NCBI RefSeq assembly: GCF_001194135.2
Contig: NC_068990.1
Coordinates: forward strand, 33,534,063-33,598,062
From: Octopus bimaculoides
Lineage: Eukaryota
Reading direction: 5' to 3'
DNA: 64,000 nucleotides
Both the position numbers and the translations under genes were made by a program. Positions 52,371 through 64,000 of this stretch are shown here, one piece after another. A model generated the notes under the pieces. That model saw only the letters and a program-made list of their open reading frames with translations, was not told the origin of the DNA and ran no database searches. Every line of letters begins with the position of its first letter. Position 1 is the stretch's first letter.

Positions 52371-53486
52371 TTGGAGATAACGTTAGATTACAATGATTTA
52401 AAAGTTGTATAAATAACAACATCAAAGATAACGATTATAGTTTAAATAACCTTTACTATTTTAAGTATCATTCTAATGGCCCGTTTCTGTTTGTCTTTCA
52501 ACCATTAGTCTATTTATATAGGGAAAAAGACAACTTTGCAAACTATTAGAATATTTTGAGTTTGACATTAATGATTAAAACCATGAAAGAAAAATGTTAA
52601 AACAATAGCAGAAAACCATTAAGAAAATAACAGAAGTTTGAACTAACGACTGTGTTTATCACAGGTGCCAGTTAAGAGATAAGGAATCGGTAAATATCTA
52701 ATTCTGTCTGTTTGAAACTATCTATCAGGAGGCTGGTACAATTTATTAATTACTCTCGAGGTGAAAGGTTGAAATTAACGAGGCAGAATCAGTGAAAAAA
52801 TAGGAAATGAAGCAAAAGCAAATTACAACAATTGGTAAGAGGAATAAGAATGACTGCAATTGTCCTGAAGTTGGCTGGAAACTATATTAATAATGATTGA
52901 TAATAATAATAATAATAATGGAGGTAGTGATATGATAGAGAAGTAGCGTGGAGTGATGAACACGTTGATTAGAAAGATGGAGAAGGCGATAGCTATATTA
53001 TAATACGAGTGAATATAACAGTGATGATCATGTTTACAATGGCCACAGTAATGACAATAATACAATGGTCATTATATTAATGATGATAATAATGATGATA
53101 ATGATGATGATGGTGATAAAGTTAATGAAAAATGATGATTATGATATCTTGATCCTAATGAAGACGTTGGTAACAGTAGTGCTGTTGATAGAGGTGGCTG
53201 GGGGGGGGCTTCAGTATCATGAATATCATCAATATCATTAATGATATCGTAATGTTGATGATGACAATGATTAGAAATCAATTAATGAATTAACGATCTA
53301 TGGTTGAATTATCGACTATTGATTTCATTTTAATAACTTTTATGAATAAAATTACAATTCTAGAGGAAGTGAAATATAAATCACCTCCAAGAAGTCTATA
53401 CTTCAGTGAAGATCTACTACTACTACTACTACTACTACTTTTTCTTCTTCTTCTTATCATCTTCATCATCATCGTCATTATTACTA

Positions 53487-54030
53487 GTGAGTGAGAGAGC
53501 AGCGCATGCCATCAAAGTGACACTGGGGTAAAATATACGAAGCCCAGTATGGCCCTCATGACTTCCCATCTGATAAGGGTAAACCAGGCACATACATCAA
53601 AATCATATGTGCGTGACATGGTGATCTTATATCAAGATAAACAGTACATGAGCTTGCAGGTGGAGCCCAGTTAAAATTTTCTTCAGGTCAAGTAGCCCAT
53701 CCCACTTAAAAGGTTCCTGGATAAGGGTTGTTTAAGGGTCTTGAATGAAACATCAATGTTTCCAGAGGTGAATTATCCAAACCCCAAAGAATTCCTCTCA
53801 ACACATGACTATGATGCTCCCCCACTACTTCTGCTCGTGATCAGAGATGCACATATTATCAACCACTAAGGGACATGCTCAACTGGTTAAGGTCAAACAA
53901 CTGACAAACAAATCTGTGGTATCGAGCAGAATATTTGCTGTAGCCCATCTTTTATACCAGGACAAAACAATGTACATGATAATACTTCCAATCAGTTAAG
54001 ATCAGGTGCTATGAGAGCCACTGCTTGATA
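53487..54030. mobile_element. Family D interspersed repeat, long copy
   Basis: A block richer in GC than its flanks; its last ~250 bp match 26795-27030. Class not determined. Confidence 0.7.
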
Positions 54031-54033
54031 CTA

Positions 54034-54470
54034 TTAGGTTGTTCCAAAAATTACAGCCGATTTTAGAAACAATTTTATTCTGGAAAAATTGACAATAGAA
54101 ATGTTTTCATTAGTCAAAGTATGAGCCATGAACATCTATGCATCTCTGCCATTGATCAACAAGATTATTCATGCCCTGTTGATAACAACTTATTGGCTTT
54201 GATGCTAAGAAATCTTTGAAAGCTGATTTCACCTCTGGTTTGGACCTGAAAGTTTTATCACTTAAAAACGTGTTTAAATGCTTTAAAAAATGGTAGTCAG
54301 TGTGTGAAAGATCAGGAGAATATGGAAGATATGGTAAAGTCTCATATCCCAAGTCTGTGTGTTTCTGCAGCATCATGTCGAATTTAACCTAAAATATAAT
54401 TAAAATACTATGATAAAATTGTGTTTCAAAACACAACACTTAGAGCGGCCATTATTTTTGGAACAACCTA

Positions 54471-54471
<1 letters not shown>
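54034..54471 (-). mobile_element. Internally deleted mariner with both TIRs
   Basis: TIRs share 18 bp (ttaggttgttccaaaaat). ORF 54110-54376 reads ETLPYLPYSPDLSHTDYHFLKHL...QWQRCIDVHGSYFD*, the YSPDL motif plus a mariner C-terminus. Confidence 0.92.
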
Positions 54472-54533
<62 letters not shown>

Positions 54534-55650
54534 TCTTCAGTAGGTAGTTTCATGTAAGTTTCTACTGCACCACTTGGTGCATTTCTGTGTTCCTAAGATG
54601 TGTGTAGCATTTTGTGTTCTTATTTTTGTTGAGGCTGGAGAAGTATAGACTCCTTCCATTAGTGTATTTCATCAATTGGGTTTGTTGTAGGGTTTAGCTT
54701 GTAGTTTCTTGTCTTATATTTTTATTATATCAGTTCCCTGTGTGTGTGTCTAAAGGAGACATCTCAGTGAGACAATAAACTATCTTTCCACCAGAAAGAA
54801 GAGCCAGGTTCATATTCTGATGATGTCCTTTTAGATTGATCAGATGAACAGTTTGCCTGATTTAACAAAGTTGTTGTTGCTGTTGTTTTTGGAGGAGGGG
54901 TAACTTAAGGGGATTAATGTCATTGTTGTTGATAGCTGGAATAAATTCCATACAGTTTAGTATAGACACAATTTGTGAGGTGATAACATTTTGTGGAGTG
55001 ATTGATACAGAAACTATTTCAATTAAGATTATGCTGTTGCCTACTCAGGGAATAGAAGCTGTTATAGCTGTGATATTTCAGGAATGTTTAGTCCATTATG
55101 AGGGCAGCTAAATAAAGAGGAGTACACTACATTACCATTATCAAGCACTTTGGTCTTCTAAAGTAGCAAACTAAGGTTTAGGGTTTTCTGAGTTTTCTTT
55201 TGCTTACACAGTGACTCTATTTTTAGACTATTCTAGTGAAGACCTTCATCAATATTTCTTCTTCAGGACACATTTCTATGAAGCTATCATCTTGTTTCTA
55301 TCTACTCATGTGCAATAATTCTGAGTTAGTATCAGCAAATTAACTAACCACAGTAAATAATCCTCATTATTCAATATTCACCATAACAGAACTGGCTATT
55401 TGTATTGCTATTATTTTTAACAAAATAAACGCAGAAAACCTCAACAAACAAAGTCATAGAATCATAGCCCTTTTCTGTCTTATCAAACTAATGAAACAAA
55501 GCACCACACATGCCACACTGCTATGAATATGGGTAAAGTGAGGAGAGGAGAATTAGAGTTTTTGTTTTATGAACAAAACTAATAGAACCAACAAGAAGTT
55601 ACATTTATAAAGGAAAAGAGATGATCTATTAATTACCTACAGTAATTATT

Positions 55651-55667
55651 CTGACTCAGTGAGTCAG
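55651..55667. promoter_or_regulatory. Two AP-1 consensus sites forming a 17-bp palindrome
   Basis: c-TGACTCA-g-TGAGTCA-g. This is a motif match only; there is no evidence of function. Confidence 0.25.
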
Positions 55668-57731
55668 TAGTAATGACCATCCTTGCTATATTAATACAGC
55701 CAACAATGGAAATGAATTGGCCAGTGAAGAGAATAGGCAGAATGCAATGGCAAAGAGATGTAAACTTTTCAATATCACCTACAGAGTGTGATACTTAAGT
55801 ATAACCAAAAGCTCAATTCAAATAAAGATATGAATAAACTTTACACCATGTAACAAGCTATATTTTCCTCTTTCATCTACAAACTGTGTGTATGTGAGTA
55901 AGTGTGTGCAAGTGCGCGTGCGTACACACACGTACGATTCCTTTCCACAAATAATATTTTGGACAACTAGTTTACCAGAATTGTAATTTCAAGTTTCAAT
56001 CTTAGATGAACAATTACATTTTATCAAAAATGTAGTCATGTTTTAGCCTTCTCCAGACTTTGCAATTAAATTAGAGGTAAGTGGTTATTATAATCATTTA
56101 TTGTAAGGAAATGGACAATTTTGGAAGGATGATAGTTTAATAGAGTCTACTCTCTGACTGGTCATTATTTTAATATACCAAAGGACGAAACTTAAAGACA
56201 TAAAAAAATAAGAGTGGTGGTGACTGGTGATGGTGATGGTGTTGGCGGTATATACTTTGGTTATTACATGATAAGTGAGATGTAAAGTTAGTTTGGTGAG
56301 GAGAGCAGTGATAATGAAATTTTTCAACACAACTGTATTACGGATTCCAATGTTATTTATACTGGATGATTGAAGAGCACAACTGGAATCAGTAAAATTT
56401 GATCTGAGAAACATGGTAACAACTTAAATACTGTGAAACATTGGGGATCTGCAGTCTCAGTTATCTAAATTATGAATAATATTAAATGATTATAAAAATA
56501 ACTAAACAAAAAATAATAATAATAATAATATTGAAGATAATGGTAAAAACAACAAGTTTGAAAATAGCATTGACCAGAAAAAAAATAAACAGTTAAGTTT
56601 ACAAGACAAGACTGTTAAAAGACTGGACAGCAATCATTGCTGATTTGACGGTAGATTCTATGACACTCAGTGTAGGATTACAATTCTAAAACTCAAATTA
56701 TGCTGATATCCAACGATTTTAACTTCTGTAGCCGATAATAAGAAAATATTTATTTTTTGTGGAGACTTAATCGTCTGCTATATCAGGCAGATTAACTTGA
56801 TGTCTGGACAATTTAAATCCGTTTCTGCCAAACTTTCTGAAAGTGTCTTCTCTCTAATAATTTGAATCAAACTCTATCTTCAAGAGAATCTGACCTCAGA
56901 ATTTTGGTCAAATATTCATTACTCTATTTTCATGTTTTGCTTCTTTACAGTTCATTATTTCTTTATATCATTATGTGAAAATAAAATAAATTTCTCAAGA
57001 TACCTAGAAGATAAGAAGATATAATATGATGCCATTAAGGATTATTTTGATTATTCTATCCAGACATTTAATCCTTTGCCTTCAGTTTTTTTCCTTTCTT
57101 TAACTTCACAAAGTTTGCTAAACTCAAGATTACGACTGAGAAATCCTTGCTCAAGTAGTACAGTAGCAATAATTCTAATAATAAAAGTCATACAAGTATA
57201 TAGGTTTCACTTCTTTATATCAATTAAATTTTTCTATCTTTTATTTATTGTAGGTCTGATATTTATTGTTCTTTTATTGTTCTTAGCCAAAAATGTTATA
57301 CAACATAAAGTTGCAGTAGAATATTGTTTTACTTGATAGAAAGAAAAATATAATTTTTAAAATCAGATTAATTTAAAATCACTATTGTTTACTATTTTCT
57401 AATGGAATTTGAAGTTTTAGACTCACTATAGTTTATAAAATATAGTTCAGTGACATTTACAGCAAACAAACATTGACACTGCAATGGTAGGTGGCTAAAA
57501 GGTGAGATAAGGGTTCATTTAAGAATTATTCCAGGTGAAAATAAATCTGGTATCTATTTTCTATACTATTCAGAATATATTATCTCAACAATGTCAATGA
57601 TATGTATAAAAACCAAAACGTGGATTTTCAACTATCTCCTAACTGGTGTACTTTGATATAACTATATTAGTAAAATGACAACAGTTAACATAATATAATC
57701 TAAAATATATATATATAAATATAAAGTAAAA

Positions 57732-57958
57732 GGTGAAGGCATGTGACTTAGTAGATAGGCTGTTGCAGTTAGGATCACTAGATCATGGGTTCTATTCTTG
57801 AACAAAACACTTCATTTTGCATTGTTCCAGTCCCTCTTTTGATCGGTGGGGAATGTTGGCTTGCTTGCCTAGACAGCAGGGTGGTGTCATTTGAAGGCTA
57901 AAACAGTGCAAAACATATTGTGACCAGCAATGTGTAACAATATCTGATAGCCTGGTCA
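57732..57958 (+). mobile_element. Family C-like SINE (old)
   Basis: ggtgaaggcatgtgacttagtag...catgggttctattc...acacttcattttgcattgttccagtcc. Confidence 0.6.
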
Positions 57959-58134
57959 CTCATGTGATCATGTGATAAAGTAAAACATAGAATTTATTGA
58001 AAGCTGAAGTCTTTTAAATGTATTCTATCCATTTCTATGACCATGATTCCTCAACCCAGGACTTCTCAGACCTTTTATTTGATTCAACCCTCTTAACAAA
58101 ACTTAATTTCCATTCACCCAAACAAATTGAATAT

Positions 58135-58592
58135 CGTTTTCAAATTTTGGCACAAGGCCAGCAATTTCGGGAAAGGGAGCAAGTCAATTACATTGACCCC
58201 ATTTCTCAACTGGTAATTATGTTATCAACCCCAAAAGAATGAAAATCAAAGTCAACCTTAGTGGTATTTGAACTCAGAACATAAATATGGCCAAAATACT
58301 GCCTATTATTTCACTCGGCATGCTAATGATTCTGCCAGCTCCCTGCCTTAATAATAATAATAATAATAGACCCTTCTATTATTAGCACAAGGCCTGAAAT
58401 TTTTGGGGGGGAGGCTGTGTGAATCGATTACATCTACTCCAGTGCTCAACCAGCACTTATTTTATCGACCCTGAAAGGATGAAACGCCAAGTCAACCTCA
58501 GTGGCATTTGAACTCTGAATGCAAAGACAAATGAAATGCTACAGAGTATTTTTCCCCAGTGTGCTAATGATTCTGTTAGCTCACCACCTTAA
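58135..58592 (-). mobile_element. Two tandem family B SINEs separated by (TAA)n
   Basis: 58135-58350 and 58372-58592 each read as inverted gcacaaggcc...gtcaacct...gaactc...gattctg(c/t)(c/t)agctc. Confidence 0.8.
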
Positions 58593-61500
58593 AATTAATC
58601 AAATATTAAATTACAAAACATAATTAACATATCAATGTTTAACATGAGAAAAGAACCAGTAAATTATAAATGGAAATGCACTATTAATGACTGAATGATT
58701 TCTTTTTTTTTTCTTTTTGTTAATGGGCAGGTTAGATTTTGTGGGCATNNNNNNNNNNCCAGATTTGCAAATCACTGTTCTGTTTTCAAAATGCTTCTCT
58801 GTTGCAAATAATGCATTTAGCTAAGCTCTGATTCCACCATATACAAACTAAGACAAGCAAATAAAAAATGGGCTTGGCAGTGGCACAATACTTAGAATAT
58901 TTTACTAGTTTTATTTCCTTTTGTCCATTCAGTAATAGCCAATTCCTTATAAATGTTAAAACAGACTTTGCTTCAAAAGGGGAAGTACTTTCAATAAATT
59001 CTTAAGAAAAAGGTCTAAATCTTCACTTCAATTTTATATGGAGAAATAATTAATTCAGGAACTCTTCTGCTTAGAAGATCCTTGAATTGAGCTTAAAATT
59101 TCCTTGAAAATTCTTAATAGATAAGTCAGTCATTATTCAAATCCCTTTCTTCTTATTGCTCTATGAAGGACAAATTTGCAAAATACTGACAATTGTATCA
59201 ACCCAAAGTAGATTTGTATAAACAAAGTTTAGCCTGAAATTCAAAAATAGTAGCTCTAACCTCAATTATTCTGATGTCTTTCTTTGTAATCTCTTTTTTA
59301 TTTCTTTAAATTTCCTATATAAGTCTGCTAGTGTAACTCATTGTGTCTTCTTTTGTGAAAATATGGTTATATGTGTGAAAGACATTAAAAAGATCTAGAC
59401 CTTTTCAATCAACTAGATAATTCATTCTTTTCAATGACCCATTTGTTTTCAATGGATTATATGTGAATAACACAACTCTAGTGGTCATCACATCCAATCA
59501 GACATTTTGCAAGTTGTACAATATCTTGCAACTAATCTACATGATCCAGAGATTTCTATCCTCATGTTATGAAGGGATTTATGAATACAAACTTGTAAAT
59601 TTACCTTTTTTGTGGGCCCCTAAACTTTTACTTACCCAGGTAGCATTTTATTCACTCCCAGGGGCCTATATGAAGCACCTTAAAACCCTGCTCTACCTGA
59701 TGTAATTAAACAGATAGTATATAATGAGTAGCCAGATACTGCTTACATTGTTATATTCATCATTGTTTTCAGTGTCTTAATATCTATATGTCCATGGCTC
59801 TGCGTCAATTAGACAGGCCAAAAGTACAGTCTATCACCTTTCAGTAATAGGCTGTCTGTCATCTCTCTCCATTATTGTGTCAGATAGGTTCACAGTACAG
59901 TCTAAGCCCTGCTTCCCTCTCTGTGTATTACCACTCTTTATGGTCTTGTGTCTGAACTACATTACAAAACATCATGGGATCTGACCACACCACTTTTATC
60001 TTCCTCAACCACAACTATATTCCAAAGATGGCACATTATGATATCACCCCATGCAACACTCACCATTCACTTTCCTTACCAGTCATCTCTGTTTCTCACT
60101 TCCCTGAGGCCTTTAAGGTAACTTTCTTAGATTAGTTGTTCTTGATATTTCATATGTACATACTTAATATTAAACGTATACCTTCACTCATTTCTTTTCA
60201 TCTTTCATAGATCTTCAACACAGTTCAATATTCCTGCAGGAGTACCGTGCAGTTAATCTTTACTTATTGCAACTTTACCTTTGTACAAAAATAGACTTCT
60301 TTGATAAGATTTTCTAGAATTTTTTAAGCAAAAGTTTCCTATACTCTAAATCTCTTCCGAAAAGATCATACATTCATTGTGTGTCTATTACTGTCATATT
60401 TCTCTGGCTAGGTGGAGCAACAATAACCATGTAAAACATGTTAATATAAGGATGATGACAACAATGGCGGTGTTGGCAACGATGATATAAAGTTAAGCAG
60501 AAATATTACTTTCCTTTAAGACTATAAAACACTTTTAGGAAAAAAAAAAAAAAATCTAGCATAGTAAGCAGTAAGTCTATTTTAGCCACCTCACAGCTGG
60601 CCGTCTCTGAAATGTTGTGGTTCTCCTTATAAGATGACCTTTCACAGACATAATGGTGTGGCTACCAAGTGAAATATCTTTCCGAGGCTGCCAATATACA
60701 GAATCCAATAAAATGCCAGGAAATGTTTGCTTCCATTCTAGTTTAGCTGTATTTTAGTTTGCCAATGGAATGCATTTCTATAGATTATTCTACTTTTGGA
60801 TTCATCCCTACCCAACTATTGAGATTTCAATGGCATGCAGGTTAAGATACCCACATTAGTATTGATGGGTATCTATCCATCTTTCTAACATCGTAAAATT
60901 TATTTCTCAATGTTGCTATACATTAACTATCTTATTCTTCAGACATTTATATTAAATGTGGTCAGTTCATTTTCCACAAATGGCCAAAAGGAGATACTTT
61001 GTTCACAACAAATTGATAATTCAGCTCTATTTTAAAGTCCAGAAGAAACCTAGAAAGCTGAGATGTGAGCCTGTCTTAAAATACACAAGTTAAAAAATAT
61101 CCTAAACTTTCAATGTGACAAAATAAACTGTTTATGGTAGAAGCACCAGGATAAATAGATGTTAATTAAAGGAGTGGTGGAGGTGGGTATATCTAAGAAT
61201 GACAACCACACACACATACACACACAAAACAAAACCATTACATTAAAAAATTATTCAAATATTCACATTTGTTACTCAAAAATCAGTGTATAAAAAGTGT
61301 AAAAGTGGATTTCCCTCAGTTTCTGTGATGAAAACTCCGTTGTTCAATCAACTGAGAGATACCATGCTACAATATTTCTCTCTAACTTGCAGAGAACAGT
61401 TGCTAATAAGTCTAATATAATGAAATTAGCATTATGAAGCTATTTCTTGTACAGTATATTAATTTTTCTAATCATAATAACTCTTCATTTTCATCCACAA

Positions 61501-62137
61501 CTCTTCTGTACAAGTTAAAAGTAATTATTCCAACAATTATCCAAGTAATTATACTCAACGACTTTACACTATAATACTACAGGTAAGCTGCAAGCTAATC
61601 TGCTGGAATAGATTAACTTACGTCTTACCTGTAAGGTTATAGTTCAAGCGGCTGAGTATTCCACAGACATGCTTACCCTTGATATACTCTGCAGACAGAA
61701 TCTGAACCAATGAATTATAGGTAAAATCCATTCATTGATGTTCCACACAGTTTCTGCCAACCTAATTTCACAGGTTAGGCTTAGGTTGACCTGAGACAAT
61801 AGACACTAAGACATCACACAGTGGAACTGAACCTATAAAATGAAGAGGCAGTCAACTGCTTGTGAATTTATTGTGTCACACCAGCCATGTCTTTCCTTCA
61901 TCCTATGCTACCACCATACATTTTGTAACTCAGGGAGCTTAGATGTAACCAAATCTGTTAGAATAATTACATGTTGTTATTGCTGCTGCCACTGCTGCTC
62001 CTGCTGCCACTGCTGCTACTGTTGCCACCACTGCTGCTGCTGCCACTACTGTTGAAGTCTCTGCTGCCACTCCTGCCACTGCTACCACCATCGCCACCAC
62101 TGTCACTACTGCCACTACTTCCACCATTGTCTCCGTC

Positions 62138-62392
62138 GTCATCATCATCATTAGTTTTCCGTGCTGGTAAGAATTGGACAGTTTGACAGGAGCTGACCAT
62201 CTAGAGAGCTGAAAGAGGTTCCAATTGTCTGTTTTGGTAAGGTTTCTACAGCCAGATGCCCTTCCTAATGCCAACCACTTCACAAAGTGTACTAGATGCT
62301 TTTTACATGGCACCAGCATAGGTACTTTATATGTGGACCCAGCATGGGTTTTTTTTATGTGGTTGCAGCACGGGTGATTTTTACTTGGCATC
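62138..62392 (-). mobile_element. Family E element preceded by a GCC/GCT/ACT triplet tract
   Basis: catcatcatcattagttttccgtgctgg...cagccagatgcccttcctaatgccaaccact. Confidence 0.7.
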
Positions 62393-62764
62393 AGCTTGTA
62401 AAAGAGTTAGCTTCATAATTTCATTGAATTATGTACCACAGCCTTATCACCAGCAGGTCCCTACAAGTTAGAGAAGAATAATGTGACATTTCAATGTTCA
62501 TTCAAACTGTCCAAATCATGGTTATCTTCTTTCTTTTTTTTTTGGGGGGGGGGGTTAAAGTCATGGGTGCATGTAGCTAAAGAGAACCACTTACAGAGAT
62601 TCCTTGAATTAGGTTGCAAAGGAAATATGGATTCTGAAGGCAAGTTAAACCCAACTGACATGTCATGTACTTCAGGACTGTAGATTTGGTTCTTAAGTCA
62701 CAAGAGCTCCTTACTATTTAGATATAAGCATGCCAACAGCAGACATGTGACCTTTGACATGTAA

Positions 62765-63165
62765 GGTATATGAGTTGATGTATGGTAAGAAGCTTGCTTC
62801 TCAACCACATAGTTCTAGGTTCAGTCCCACTGTGTGGCACCTTGAGCAAGTGTCTTCTGCTACAGCCTTGGGCTGACCAAAGCCTTATGAGTGGATTTGG
62901 TAGATGGAAACTGAAACAAGCCTGTCATATATATGCTTGTGCATATGCGACATGCATGCGCATGTGTGTGTTTGCTCTCTGCCACTGTTTGACAACTAGT
63001 ATTGGTGTGTAGCAGTTTTGCAAAAGAGATTGATAGAATAAATACCAGGCTTAAAAAATAAAAAAAAGTCATGGGAAGAATTCATTCAACTAGAAATTCA
63101 TCAAGGCAGTGCTCCAGCATGGCTGCAGTCTAATGACTGAAACAAGTAAAAAAACAAAAGAGAAA
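62765..63165 (+). mobile_element. Family A SINE
   Basis: tatggtaagaagcttgcttctcaaccac...ggttcagtcccactgtgtggcacc...gtgctccagcatggctgcagtctaatgactgaaacaagtaaaa. Confidence 0.85.
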
Positions 63166-63558
63166 AGGAGGTGGGTACATACAAGTAAAGCTAAAGAGAA
63201 TCACTGGTTTGAAAATAGTCAAATGTCATATGATACTAGCTGACCACGTGCAGTCAACGATGAAAGGTAATTGTAGTATTTTATATATAAATAAGGTACA
63301 AAATAAGGTACATAACAATCACACATACAAGCCTTCACATACTTCCCTTGTACACACACATACACACATATACTCACACAGTTCAAATGCTGATTTTTTT
63401 TCACCCCTTCCTTCCTTATTCATCTATCACCCCTTCCCTTCTCTCATTGCAATTACTTTCTCTCACACCCTCTCAGTCAGGGCTATTACTCTCACTACTT
63501 CTCCTTCACTGAATTACTATTTACTCTCCTCATCTGCGTCCACCATGATTCTGGACAA

Positions 63559-63595
<37 letters not shown>

Positions 63596-63789
63596 AATAT
63601 ATAAAAATACTAAGCTCATTATTATATTAGGAGTTTTCATTTTCCTGTCAGCTGACACTTGCGCACACATGTGGATGTGTATGTTTGTGAGTGCACAGAT
63701 AGATAATAAAACCAAGTTTTGATGTAAATATATTAGTTTTGAACTGCACCACTATTTATGTGGTTGCACAATGGTAAGTAAAGGTACAG

Positions 63790-64000
63790 TTACTGTCTTG
63801 AGTCATACTGACTCATAAGGGCTGGTTTCCTGGTTTCATGGCATATAAATTCCCCACCTGGATGGGACACCAATCCGTCACAGGATTACGCATTTTTACC
63901 AGCTGAGTGTGTGAAATGAAGTGATTTGCTCAAGAACACAATGCATCACCTGGTCCAGGAATCGAAACCACTATCTTACGATCATGAGTCCAACAACCCT
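63790..64000 (-). mobile_element. Family C SINE running off the window end
   Basis: gactcataagggctggtttcctgg...ccagctgagtg...gctcaagaacacaatgc...ggaatcgaaaccac (inverted B box). Confidence 0.75.

Noticed and set aside
59634-59697. Minus-strand exon with a perfect gtaagt donor
   Set aside because: All three frames contain stops, and the sequence resembles a MITE terminus (ccaggggcctat...ccctg).

Overview
AT-rich eukaryotic non-coding DNA, either a large intron or intergenic space. It is full of (TA)n, (CA)n and trinucleotide microsatellites, assembly N-gaps and decayed transposable elements. The repeat families look like those I recall from octopus genomes, so a coleoid cephalopod source is an inference, not something I verified. 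I found no intact host protein-coding gene, and almost every ORF in the supplied track comes from microsatellites, Ns or TE fragments. Supportable content: (1) several recurrent SINE-like families, labelled A-F for this window only; (2) four mariner-type remnants or MITEs and one maT/DD37D-like remnant; (3) RTE, R4/Dong-like and Penelope-like retroelement remnants; (4) a hAT-like MITE; (5) three long imperfect palindromes and several minisatellites. The most interesting object is a ~415-bp Penelope-derived mini-element at 29359-29773 (- strand). It fuses the ORF N-terminus to a 3' region carrying a minimal hammerhead-ribozyme motif, and it is bounded by a 13-bp direct repeat, which makes it retrozyme-like. 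All translations, alignments and coordinates were done by eye, and the ends of decayed elements are approximate.
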